64,000 bases of DNA, from assembly GCA_040384725.1 (NCBI GenBank), contig JAZKIS010000002.1:7682-71681 (forward strand). The letters run 5' to 3'. The position numbers were made by a program, and so were the translations under genes. The notes under the pieces are model-generated. The model ran no database searches, was not told where the DNA came from, and saw nothing but the letters and a program-made list of their open reading frames with translations. This stretch comes from Patescibacteria group bacterium. GTDB lineage: Bacteria; Patescibacteriota; Minisyncoccia; Phycocordibacterales; Phycocordibacteraceae. Positions 53,808-62,559 of this stretch are shown here, piece after piece. Positions within the stretch are counted from its first letter, which is position 1. Every line of letters starts with the position of its first letter.

Positions 53808-53841
53808 AACCTCGGCTTCTGCAGAGCCGAGGTTTTTCTTT
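53808..53841 (+). terminator. orphan intrinsic-terminator-like hairpin in divergent intergenic region (upstream of GNAT start)
   Basis: AACCTCGGCT-tctgcag-AGCCGAGGTT 10-bp stem then TTTTTCTTT; T-rich on both sides. Confidence 0.45.
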
Positions 53842-54068
53842 ACGGAAACGTGGGGAAAGAAGAATCGCGGCTATGCATAAGCAACAGAAAAGGCGAGGTC
53901 GGTGAGGACCTTCGACATGATCTGCTCTGCATATCCGCGGTTGTTCATCATGCACATAGAATATAAGAAAGTGCGCTTATGTCAAGAAATATTTTGACTA
54001 GTAGCTGAAATACTGTTATTCTGCGCCGAGATGTGCATTTCGTGCATTGATAGCTGAGAGGAAGCAGG

Positions 54069-54809
54069 ATGAAAGACGTGAGAGAGACCGCTACTGCTGT
54101 GGCGGGGAGAGTCGTTGAGCTGTTCCCGGGCAAACGGGTGCAGCCGCGGCTCAGCAATATGAGTCCCTTCACCCACGACGACGGTACGTTGTGGGGCATG
54201 GCCTTCGACGGCGGCGATTCCTCTCAGCGTAGGGGGATTGAGAAAATCCAGGATGCGTTCGGGATTACCGGCCAACGCTCCCTCGGAGAAGGGATGGATT
54301 CCGCGAAGCTTACCGGCATCGGAAACCGTTCCATCCAGGTACGTCCGAGTCCGTCGCGGCTTCGCAACAGCTACGATATGGACACGGGCATCCATGTCGT
54401 CAGCTACAACATGGAGTTGCCCGAGGGTCTCAATCTCGAGAAAGGCGCCGTTCAAGGGCTCTGGAACAAGAGCTCTTTCCTTTTCGTCAGCCAAGACGAC
54501 GAAAAGGACCACCTTCGGGTGGTGGAGAAAGCGCTCCGGCGCTTGGACGCGGCGATCTTCCTGTCCGACAAGAAGGCGTTCGGCTTCTTCATCCCGTCTG
54601 TGGCGCCTGCCTGGTTCCTGGACAAACTCAACGATCGAGACGTGAGGGAAGTGCAGGCTCGGCACAAGAGGCTCGAAGACGAAGAGAAGGCCCGTCTCGA
54701 GAAGCAGAACTTCGACGCCGACTGGAAGGGCGACAGCATCCTCGATGCTGAAAGCCCGAGGGAGCCGGCACAGCCAGCGACCGGCGGCGCCGAAACCAAG
54801 GCCGCGTAG
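54069..54809 (+). CDS. hypothetical protein (C-terminal coiled coil)
   Basis: 246-aa ORF with SD GAGAGGAAG; the antisense 282-aa ORF is Arg/His/Pro-rich and judged a shadow. Confidence 0.5.
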   Translation: MKDVRETATAVAGRVVELFPGKRVQPRLSNMSPFTHDDGTLWGMAFDGGDSSQRRGIEKIQDAFGITGQRSLGEGMDSAKLTGIGNRSIQVRPSPSRLRNSYDMDTGIHVVSYNMELPEGLNLEKGAVQGLWNKSSFLFVSQDDEKDHLRVVEKALRRLDAAIFLSDKKAFGFFIPSVAPAWFLDKLNDRDVREVQARHKRLEDEEKARLEKQNFDADWKGDSILDAESPREPAQPATGGAETKAA

Positions 54810-54830
54810 AACGCGCGGCAGACAACACAT

Positions 54831-54872
54831 CCGCGAGGAGAAGCTACGGCTTCCCTCGCGGATTTTTCTTTT
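54831..54872 (+). terminator. intrinsic terminator
   Basis: CCGCGAGG...CCTCGCGG stem then ATTTTTCTTTT. Confidence 0.7.
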
Positions 54873-54877
54873 CCCTC

Positions 54878-54886
54878 TGCTATACT
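54878..54886 (+). promoter_or_regulatory. extended -10 (TGcTATACT) 6 nt upstream of the tyrS ATG
   Basis: TGCTATACT cgcttc ATG. Confidence 0.5.
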
Positions 54887-54892
54887 CGCTTC

Positions 54893-56143
54893 ATGAACCT
54901 GGCGGATGAACTCGAAGCACGCGGCCTTATAGAGCACGTTTCAGCACCACTTGAGACCATCCTTAAGGAGAAGCGCACGGTATATCTCGGGGTCGATCCG
55001 TCTGCGGATTCGATGCACGCAGGGAACCTGCTCGTGGTGCTGATGATGAAGCGGCTCGCGCTCGCGGGGCATAAGATCATGCTCCTCGTCGGCGGAGGGA
55101 CCGGTATGATCGGCGATCCGCGCGAGAGCGGAGAGCGCGTGCTTTCCGATAGGAAGGTCGTCGAGAGGAACAAGAAGGCACTGAAGGCTCAGATGCAAAG
55201 GATCGTGGGCACGAACGTGACCGTTGTCGACAATGCTGACTGGCTCCTCAAGGTGCACCTCATCGATTTCCTCCGGGACATCGGGAAGCACTTCACGGTG
55301 AACGAGCTCGTGAAGCGCGACATCATAAAACGCAGGCTCGAGAATCCAGACGACAGCATCTCCTATACCGAGTTCGCCTACTCCTTGCTGCAGGGGTACG
55401 ACTACCTCGTCCTTAACAAGGAAAAGGGTGTTGATCTCCAGGTAGGGGCGAGTGATCAGTGGACTAACATCCTTTCTGGCGTAGAACTTATTCGACGCAA
55501 GGAAGGAAAGACCGCATACGCGCTCTGTACACCGCTTGTTACGGACTCGACCGGAAAGAAGTTCGGCAAATCGGAAGGGAATGCTATCTGGCTCGATGCC
55601 GAGAAGACCTCGCCCTACGCGTTCTACCAGTTCTGGCTCAATCAGCCGGACGACATGGTGGGAACGTACCTGAAGATGTTTACGTTCCTTCCTATCGAGG
55701 AAATCGATACGCTTCTCGACTGGCATAAGGACAATGCACAGGCACGAAAGGCGCAGAGAACGCTCGCGCACGCCGTAACCGAGCTCGTGCATGGCGTCCG
55801 TGCCGCTGACGCTGCAGCGTCGGCCTCGAGCGCGCTCTTTGGCGAGATGGCACTCTCTGAGCTCGATCAAAGCGCGCGCTCTATAGTACTGAAAGAGGCT
55901 CCGACGCTTTCAGTGCTGAAGAGGGATCTCGCGCATGGCCTCACCGTCCTTGACGCTCTCGCGACGAGCCCGCTCAGCTCCTCTAAATCAGATGCCCGGC
56001 GGCTTATCGAAGGCAAGGGCGTGAGCCTGAACGGCATAAGTGTCGACTCGACCGATCAGAAGCTTGCTGAAGGCGATTTCTCGGGCGGGCTCGGGCTCCT
56101 TAAGAAAGGAAAGCGGGAGATGTGCATCCTCGTTTTGAAATAG
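54893..56143 (+). CDS. tyrS: tyrosyl-tRNA synthetase
   Basis: HIGH-type DSMHAGNL, KMSKS-type KFGKSEG, C-terminal S4 domain. Confidence 0.93.
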   Translation: MNLADELEARGLIEHVSAPLETILKEKRTVYLGVDPSADSMHAGNLLVVLMMKRLALAGHKIMLLVGGGTGMIGDPRESGERVLSDRKVVERNKKALKAQMQRIVGTNVTVVDNADWLLKVHLIDFLRDIGKHFTVNELVKRDIIKRRLENPDDSISYTEFAYSLLQGYDYLVLNKEKGVDLQVGASDQWTNILSGVELIRRKEGKTAYALCTPLVTDSTGKKFGKSEGNAIWLDAEKTSPYAFYQFWLNQPDDMVGTYLKMFTFLPIEEIDTLLDWHKDNAQARKAQRTLAHAVTELVHGVRAADAAASASSALFGEMALSELDQSARSIVLKEAPTLSVLKRDLAHGLTVLDALATSPLSSSKSDARRLIEGKGVSLNGISVDSTDQKLAEGDFSGGLGLLKKGKREMCILVLK

Positions 56144-56172
56144 ATACGGCATATCGTATACTCGGGCGTATT

Positions 56173-56258
56173 GCGTCGGTGGTAGAGTGGTCAATTACAA
56201 CAGGCTGTAAACCTGTCGGCTTCGGCCTTCGTTGGTTCGAATCCAACCCGGCGCACCA
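56173..56258 (+). tRNA. tRNA-Tyr (anticodon GTA), class II with long variable arm, CCA encoded
   Basis: Manual cloverleaf: acceptor GCGTCGG/CCGGCGC, D-arm GTAG/TTAC with GG loop, anticodon stem ACAGG/CCTGT loop CTGTAAA, 14-nt variable arm, T-arm GTTGG-TTCGAAT-CCAAC, discriminator A, CCA. Confidence 0.9.
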
Positions 56259-56262
56259 TAGA

Positions 56263-56287
56263 AAAGGCCTCCTTGGAGGCCTTTTCG
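56263..56287 (+). terminator. Rho-independent terminator after tRNA-Tyr
   Basis: AAAAGGCCTCC-ttgg-AGGCCTTTT then CGCG. Confidence 0.75.
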
Positions 56288-56300
56288 CGTCTCCTTGGCG

Positions 56301-56309
56301 TGGTATCGT
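56301..56309 (+). promoter_or_regulatory. extended -10 (TGgTATCGT) 6 nt upstream of the trpS ATG
   Basis: Same TGGTATCGT element precedes pepF (18059) and alaS (19832). Confidence 0.5.
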
Positions 56310-56315
56310 AGCGGT

Positions 56316-57272
56316 ATGGAATCAGACAAGCCCATCCTCCTTTCCGGCATCAAGCCGACCGGAGCCGCTCATATCGGAAATTACTTCGGCGCTATCAAGC
56401 AGTGGAAGGAATTCCAGACGGTAGGCTCTCATCAGTGCTACTTCATGATCGCCGACTATCATGCGCTCAATTTCGTGCAGAGCGCAGGCGATATGCGCGA
56501 CCTCACGCGCGACCTTGTCCTCACCTATCTCGCCGCGGGCATCAATCCCGAGAAAGTGGTCCTTTTCAAGCAGTCTGACGTGCCGGCGCACACCGAGCTC
56601 GCGTGGATATTCGACACCATCACCACGATGCCGTACCTCGAGCGGGCGCATGCGTATAAGGACGCAGAAGCGAAGGGCAAGGAAGTATCGGTAGGCACTT
56701 TCAACTATCCGATGCTCATGGCAGCGGACATCCTGCTCTATGACGCGGCTCGCGTTCCCGTTGGCCAGGACCAGAAGCAGCACATCGAGTATGCCCGCGA
56801 TACCGCGGAGAAGTTCAACCGTATCTACGGGGACACGTTCACCCTTCCTGAGGAGTTCATCATTCCGGAAGTGGCTACCGTGCCCGGCGTCAACGGCCGC
56901 AAGATGAGCAAGAGCTACAGCAACACCATCCCGCTCTTCTCCACGCGCCATGAGATCGAAGACCTCGTGATGAGCATCGTTACGGACTCCTCGGGAGACA
57001 GACCGGAGAATGTCTATGCCATCCACAGGCTCCTTAAGACCGAGCGCGAGCTCGATGCGCTCTATGACGAGCACCAAGGACGGTACAAGGCGCTCAAGGA
57101 GGCTCTTGTCGAAGACCTCGATGCATTCATCAAGCCGCTTCGCGAGAAGTATCACGAGCTCGCATCAGATCCACGCACCGTAGAGGACGTGCTGGAGAAG
57201 GGCGGTCAGCTGGCGCGCGAGCGGGCGAACGCGAAGATTGAGCAGGTGCGAAGGGCTGTAGGTGTTAGCTGA
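56316..57272 (+). CDS. trpS: tryptophanyl-tRNA synthetase
   Basis: GIKPTGAAHIGNYFG (HIGH-type), KMSKS; start at ATG 56316 rather than the TTG at 56295. Confidence 0.92.
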   Translation: MESDKPILLSGIKPTGAAHIGNYFGAIKQWKEFQTVGSHQCYFMIADYHALNFVQSAGDMRDLTRDLVLTYLAAGINPEKVVLFKQSDVPAHTELAWIFDTITTMPYLERAHAYKDAEAKGKEVSVGTFNYPMLMAADILLYDAARVPVGQDQKQHIEYARDTAEKFNRIYGDTFTLPEEFIIPEVATVPGVNGRKMSKSYSNTIPLFSTRHEIEDLVMSIVTDSSGDRPENVYAIHRLLKTERELDALYDEHQGRYKALKEALVEDLDAFIKPLREKYHELASDPRTVEDVLEKGGQLARERANAKIEQVRRAVGVS

Positions 57273-57276
57273 TACC

Positions 57277-57411
57277 ATGGGTTCTGATACAGGTACAGAA
57301 GAACTACTCGCTGCGATCGAGTTGCGTGCTCGTGAGAAGATTGATACGGCTGCACAGGAACTCGAGCATCAACTAACGCTCGCAGAGGCTGAACTACGCT
57401 ATGGAGCATGA
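57277..57411 (+). CDS. possible 44-aa coiled-coil micro-ORF overlapping the start of the next gene
   Basis: ATG 5 nt after the trpS stop; MGSDTGTEELLAAIELRAREKIDTAAQELEHQLTLAEAELRYGA; stop overlaps the downstream start (ATGGAGCATGA). Confidence 0.2.
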   Translation: MGSDTGTEELLAAIELRAREKIDTAAQELEHQLTLAEAELRYGA

Positions 57412-58459
57412 ACCTAACGCCAGGTCGCTTGAACAGGTACCAACACCGGCTGAGAGGCTAGGTAATCGCGTGAATTCTTTCATCGACGCCCTGCAAAAGG
57501 CCGGGAAGGATAGTGTGAGTCCAGGATCGATGGATCGAATGTACGGGGCGGCACGCCGGATGGTGAAGGCGGTGAGCTACACCGCACTTACGATGTCGCT
57601 TGCCGCAACCATGAACCATGCACGCACCCGTTACGAAATAACAGAGACAGCGAGCGCCGAGGGAGGGGTGGTGTACGAGCATGAAGATGAGCGGACCACG
57701 CAGATTATGCGTTTCCTAACCGGCGCCGGCGAGCTTCCTCCTGAAGACCGCACGATGTTCATACGAGAGGCAGTCCGGGCTGAGTTTGGAACATACAATG
57801 CCGAGATCGAGGCGAGTCTTCCTGGCATTCCTGAGGATTTTGAATCTCTAGACGAGGCCGCTCTCCGCACGCTCCTTCTTACGCGTTTTGAAGCGGTAGA
57901 GGAGCACATGAAGAAAATATTTCCTGAGCACAGGAGTGGAGGACGTGGGAGGAGAGTGTATTCTAGCGATCGCGTTGAGGAGATATTCAAAGAAGCCGTG
58001 GAGTCTCCAATGGAGAACGACCCCGAATATGCACAACTCATCTGGGAACTCCAGCAACGCGTTGGCGCCCCGAGAATCAGATGGGCTGCAGAAGGTGAGG
58101 ATGGCCTCGCGAGCTTCATGGCGCATCATGCAGGTGACGGGAACTCCTTTTACAATCCTGTAACGAACACGGTGTATCTCGCGCCACATTACTCAATCAA
58201 CGCTCTCGCATCAGAAGACGCACACTCGCTTCAGTTCAATGAGCGCCCCATCCTCTCCTACGCACACGGCATCTCGAGTTACGCGAGTACCGTTATGCTC
58301 GCATTGAGCGGCAAAGGAACTCTGAGCATTAGCCACCAGGGCCAGTACCAACACCCGGGAAGCTTTGAGCACGAGGCGCACTCAGTTATCGAGCCCCAAC
58401 TAATAAAAGACATCCAGGAAGAAGAGGATAGGATTGATGTCTTACGAGGGGAACAATAG
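57401..58459 (+). CDS. hypothetical protein
   Basis: 352-aa ORF with protein-like composition; no recognizable motif. Confidence 0.5.
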   Translation: MEHEPNARSLEQVPTPAERLGNRVNSFIDALQKAGKDSVSPGSMDRMYGAARRMVKAVSYTALTMSLAATMNHARTRYEITETASAEGGVVYEHEDERTTQIMRFLTGAGELPPEDRTMFIREAVRAEFGTYNAEIEASLPGIPEDFESLDEAALRTLLLTRFEAVEEHMKKIFPEHRSGGRGRRVYSSDRVEEIFKEAVESPMENDPEYAQLIWELQQRVGAPRIRWAAEGEDGLASFMAHHAGDGNSFYNPVTNTVYLAPHYSINALASEDAHSLQFNERPILSYAHGISSYASTVMLALSGKGTLSISHQGQYQHPGSFEHEAHSVIEPQLIKDIQEEEDRIDVLRGEQ

Positions 58460-58506
58460 TCATACCTGCGCGCGGAATGTGCCCGGGCGTGGTATTTTAG
58501 GCCTAT

Positions 58507-59862
58507 ATGCAGGACCGCACGATGATAGGGGACCTTGCCGCAAAGGCAGGGGAATCAGTAACGATAAAAGGTTGGGTAGACGTCAGACGTGACCAGGGCA
58601 AGCTCGTCTTCTTCGACTTCCGCGATAGGTCAGGAACCGTTCAAGGAGTCGTGCTGCCCGGGGACGAAGCTCTCATGGAAGCGGCGAAGAGCGTCCGCCA
58701 CGAGTTCGTCGTATCGGTCGAAGGAATCGTTAATAAGCGTCCTGAGAAGAACGTGCAGGAAGGGAAAGTGAACGGAGATATAGAACTCGAGATCAAGGGT
58801 ATCGAGACACTCGTTGCTCCAGAGGAGGTTCCCTTCGACAAGGACGCAGACGACCTGACTATCGAGACGCGTTTTGATTACCGGCCGTTCACACTTCGAA
58901 GCCAGCGAGACCGAGACATATTCCGCGTGCAGTCGACCGTCCTTACCGCGTTCAGGAACTCGCTCGCAGAGCAGAGCTTCACTGAATTCCAGGCACCCGT
59001 GCTCGTAGGCGGAGACGCCGAAGGCGGCGCGGCCGTATTCGAGATTCCTGATTACTACGGCAAGCGCGCATTCCTCGCGACCTCCGGTCAGCTCTACAAG
59101 CAGATCATGGTAGGGCCCTTCGAGCGCGTGATGACGATCGCGAAGACGTTCCGTGCCGAGAAGAGCGCTACGACGCGCCACCTCTCGGAAATCGTACAGC
59201 TCGAGTTCGAGCTGGGATTCGTGAAGTCGCACGAAGATGTAATGGACGTGCTCGAATCAGTAGCACGCTCAATTTCCCAAGCGGTTGCAGACGCACACGC
59301 GGACGTGCTCGAAAGATTCAAGGTAGTCCCAGCGCTCCTTCCAGAAGGGACGTTCCCCCGCTTCACTCTTAAAGAAGCGCAAGAGATCATCGAGCGCGAG
59401 TTCGGCACTAAATGCATCGGCGAGCCGGACCTTGAGCCGGAGCACGAGCGACAGATTTGCGAGTATGCGAAGAGGGAGCTCGGTTCTGACTTCGTATTCG
59501 TGACGCATTTCCCGACCACCAAGCGTGCGTTCTACACCATGGCCGATCCTGAGGACCCGGAGCGCTCGCTCTCGTTCGACCTCCTGTTCCGCGGACTTGA
59601 GATCAATAGCGGCGCTCAGCGCATCCATGACTATGAGGAGCTCGTAGCGAAGATGAAGAGCCGCGGCATGGACCCGGAAAAATTCTCGTATTACCTCCAG
59701 GCTTTCAAGTACGGCATCCCGCCGCACGGCGGCTGCTCGACAGGACTCGAGCGCATAACCGCGCGTATGCTGGAACTACAGAACGTTAAGGAGGCGTCGA
59801 CGTTCCCGCGCGATATGAACCGTATCGACCTGCTTCTCTCAGAGGCGCAGCCTGAAGGATAG
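58507..59862 (+). CDS. aspS: aspartyl-tRNA synthetase (short archaeal/eukaryal-like class IIb form)
   Basis: N-terminal OB fold, motif 2 FRAEKSATTRH, motif 3 GGCSTGLERI; 451 aa; TGgTATTTT 8 nt before ATG. Confidence 0.9.
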   Translation: MQDRTMIGDLAAKAGESVTIKGWVDVRRDQGKLVFFDFRDRSGTVQGVVLPGDEALMEAAKSVRHEFVVSVEGIVNKRPEKNVQEGKVNGDIELEIKGIETLVAPEEVPFDKDADDLTIETRFDYRPFTLRSQRDRDIFRVQSTVLTAFRNSLAEQSFTEFQAPVLVGGDAEGGAAVFEIPDYYGKRAFLATSGQLYKQIMVGPFERVMTIAKTFRAEKSATTRHLSEIVQLEFELGFVKSHEDVMDVLESVARSISQAVADAHADVLERFKVVPALLPEGTFPRFTLKEAQEIIEREFGTKCIGEPDLEPEHERQICEYAKRELGSDFVFVTHFPTTKRAFYTMADPEDPERSLSFDLLFRGLEINSGAQRIHDYEELVAKMKSRGMDPEKFSYYLQAFKYGIPPHGGCSTGLERITARMLELQNVKEASTFPRDMNRIDLLLSEAQPEG

Positions 59863-59867
59863 GACCT

Positions 59868-61286
59868 ATGAAGATATCATTCGCGAAGACTGCTATAGGC
59901 TCTGCACCGAAGGGATATCTTCGGATGCGCTTTACCGAGGAACCGAGAGGCACGAAGAAATTCGTTCGGGAAGACGGCACTGAATGGCTTGAGCTCGGGA
60001 TTGGAAAAGCAAAGGACCTCACCAATCGCAAGTTCACTATCCTCATCCGCTCTCTCGTGCAGGCGGCGAAGCAGCAGGGAGCGCGCAAGATCGCCGTCTC
60101 CTTCGAGGCAACCCCACAGCTGTGGGAGAACATCTCGTTCGCGTCGGAAGAGCGCGGTGCGCAATCGTTCGCGGAGAACGTTGTTATGGCGAACTTCGAG
60201 TTCCGCACCTTCAAGACCGCACCCAAGGATGGGTGGAAGGACGTTCAGGAGATCCTTATCTGCGACGCTGCAACGCCCGCGATGCGTGCAGGCATCAAGA
60301 AAGGCCTCATCATCGGAGAGGCCGTAAACGCGACGAGGGAACTCTCGAACACTCCTGGCGGCTCCATGACCCCGAAAGGGCTTGCGAAAGCAGCGAAAGC
60401 TGCCGTAGCAGGGCTTCCGGTAACGGTTGCCACCTTGGACCGTGCAGCGCTCAAGAAGCTCGGCATGGGACTCCTTGCAGGCGTGGGTGCCGGCTCTTCC
60501 GACGAGCCTACGTTCACCGTTATGACGTACAAGGGCGGTAAGCCTTCCGAGAAGCCGATCGTGCTCGCCGGGAAAGGCATAACCTTTGATTCGGGTGGCC
60601 TTAACATCAAGCCGTCGAACAGCATCTATGAGATGCATCTCGATATGTCGGGCGCGGCGAGCGTTATCTATGCAGTGGCCCTTGCAGCAAGACTCAAACT
60701 GAAGAAGAACGTCATCGCGCTGGTGCCTGCAGCCGAGAACATGCTCGGGAACGACGCGACGCGTCCCGGCGACATCCTTACGTCCCTTTCCGGAAAGACC
60801 GTCGAGGTAACCGATACCGATGCGGAAGGACGGCTCGTGCTCGCTGACGCAATCACCTACGCGAAGCGCTTAAAGCCGGGTGTGGTTGTCGATGTCGCGA
60901 CGTTGACGGGCGCAGCTATGGTTGCGCTCGGTTTCCATGCATCAGGCCTCATGACCAAGGACGATACGCTCGCGAACCAGCTTCTCGCGCTTGGCGAAGA
61001 GTCCGGAGACTATGTATGGCGCCTGCCGCTCTGGGACGAGTACGAGACGGTTATCAAGAGCGACTTCGCTGACATACAGAACCACTCGATTGCAGGCGGG
61101 CGTTACGGAGGCGCTACGAACGGAGCCATATTCTTGTGGCAGTTCGCACGCGAGCTGAACTGCCCATGGGCCCATCTTGATATCGCCCCGAGAATGACAT
61201 CAGCGCGTGGCGAGGAGCTCGCGAAAGGCGCTGCAGGAGCGCCGGTGCGGCTTCTCATAGCGTTTATCGAATCATGGAAGGCGTAA
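59868..61286 (+). CDS. pepA: leucyl aminopeptidase (M17 family)
   Basis: NTDAEGRLVLADAITYA signature and upstream metal ligands. Confidence 0.92.
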   Translation: MKISFAKTAIGSAPKGYLRMRFTEEPRGTKKFVREDGTEWLELGIGKAKDLTNRKFTILIRSLVQAAKQQGARKIAVSFEATPQLWENISFASEERGAQSFAENVVMANFEFRTFKTAPKDGWKDVQEILICDAATPAMRAGIKKGLIIGEAVNATRELSNTPGGSMTPKGLAKAAKAAVAGLPVTVATLDRAALKKLGMGLLAGVGAGSSDEPTFTVMTYKGGKPSEKPIVLAGKGITFDSGGLNIKPSNSIYEMHLDMSGAASVIYAVALAARLKLKKNVIALVPAAENMLGNDATRPGDILTSLSGKTVEVTDTDAEGRLVLADAITYAKRLKPGVVVDVATLTGAAMVALGFHASGLMTKDDTLANQLLALGEESGDYVWRLPLWDEYETVIKSDFADIQNHSIAGGRYGGATNGAIFLWQFARELNCPWAHLDIAPRMTSARGEELAKGAAGAPVRLLIAFIESWKA

Positions 61287-62014
61287 CCGCATACACGGGG
61301 TTCACGATACGCACCGGCTCGTTTGAGGGGCCCTACGACCTCATCCTCGACCTCATCGACAAGCGGAAGCTCTCGGTGAACGAACTGTCGCTTACGCAGG
61401 TTACCGACGACTACATCGCGTTCGTGCGCGGGCACGAGGCATTCCCGATGGAAGAGGCCGCTCAGTTCATCGGCGTCGCCGCGACGCTTCTTCTTATCAA
61501 GTCGAAGTCGCTCATTCCGGAGCTCGAGCTCTCCATGGAAGAAGAGGAGGATGTCGACGATCTAAAAAGGAGACTCGCGATGTACGAGAAGGTACGCGAG
61601 GCACGCTCGGAACTCTCACGGATATTCGGGAGGAACGTCATGGTGTCCGCGGGCGAGCGCGCGCCCACCCCGATGTTCGCGCCCGCCCGCGATCTTACGC
61701 TTAAGAACCTTTCAGACGCATTGGCGACCGCGCTCGCCACTCTCGAGAAGGCTGAAGAGAAGCTTCCAGAGGCTCGCGTACGCCCTTTGGTTACCATAGA
61801 GGAGATGATGGATACGCTCCTCTCTCGCGTGCAGCGCGCCATGACGCTCTCCTTCAAGGAATTCTCGGCCGGCAATACCGAGAAGGTCGAGGTTATCGTC
61901 TCATTCCTCGCGCTGCTTGAGCTCGTTAAGCAAGGCGCCGTTGAGGCAGCACAGCACGATCCCTTTACCGACATCAGGATCACGAACACGTCAGCGGGGG
62001 TACCACGCTATTAG
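61274..62014 (+). CDS. scpA: segregation and condensation protein A
   Basis: FEGPYDLILDLIDKRKLSVNELSLTQVTDDYIAF N-terminal ScpA signature. Confidence 0.85.
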   Translation: MEGVTAYTGFTIRTGSFEGPYDLILDLIDKRKLSVNELSLTQVTDDYIAFVRGHEAFPMEEAAQFIGVAATLLLIKSKSLIPELELSMEEEEDVDDLKRRLAMYEKVREARSELSRIFGRNVMVSAGERAPTPMFAPARDLTLKNLSDALATALATLEKAEEKLPEARVRPLVTIEEMMDTLLSRVQRAMTLSFKEFSAGNTEKVEVIVSFLALLELVKQGAVEAAQHDPFTDIRITNTSAGVPRY

Positions 62015-62016
62015 TT

Positions 62017-62559
62017 ATGACTGTACGCATCACTTATTTTGTACACGGGACCACGACCGATAACGAGAACGGTCTATCTTCCGGATGGAATGACGTAGAT
62101 CTTTCGGCGCGCGGTATTGAGCAGTCGAAGGAATTGCCAAGCCTCCTTGCTGATAGCTCGTTCGACGTCGTATTCTGCTCTGATCTTAAGCGTGCAGTCC
62201 GCTCCGCGAGCCTTGCGTTCGGAGGCATCTATCCGATCATAGAGGATTCCCGACTGCGCGAGTGCAACTACGGAGACATGAACGGATTGCCGTCAGGTGC
62301 GGTAGAGCCGATGCAGGAGACTGCCATTACGACGCCCATGCCAAACGGGGAGAGCTATGAGGAGGTTAAGGTGCGCATTGCTGATTTCCTAGACATGCTC
62401 AAGAAGGAACATGATGGGAAGCATGTTGCGATCGTTGCGCATAAGGCACCGCAGCTTGCGCTCGAGGTACTGCTCAAGGGTAAGTCCTGGGACGAGGCGT
62501 TCGCCGAGGATTGGCGCAAGACGAAGGCGTGGCAGCCCGGATGGGAGTACGTGCTTTAG
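62017..62559 (+). CDS. histidine phosphatase family protein (phosphoglycerate mutase-like)
   Basis: VHGTT-type RHG motif (ITYFVHGTTTDNE), C-terminal His in AIVAHKAP. Confidence 0.7.
   Translation: MTVRITYFVHGTTTDNENGLSSGWNDVDLSARGIEQSKELPSLLADSSFDVVFCSDLKRAVRSASLAFGGIYPIIEDSRLRECNYGDMNGLPSGAVEPMQETAITTPMPNGESYEEVKVRIADFLDMLKKEHDGKHVAIVAHKAPQLALEVLLKGKSWDEAFAEDWRKTKAWQPGWEYVL

Noticed and set aside
53982-54830. 282-aa minus-strand ORF
   Set aside because: Antisense to the better-supported + strand 54069-54809 gene (SD present, balanced composition); the minus ORF is Arg/His/Pro-rich.
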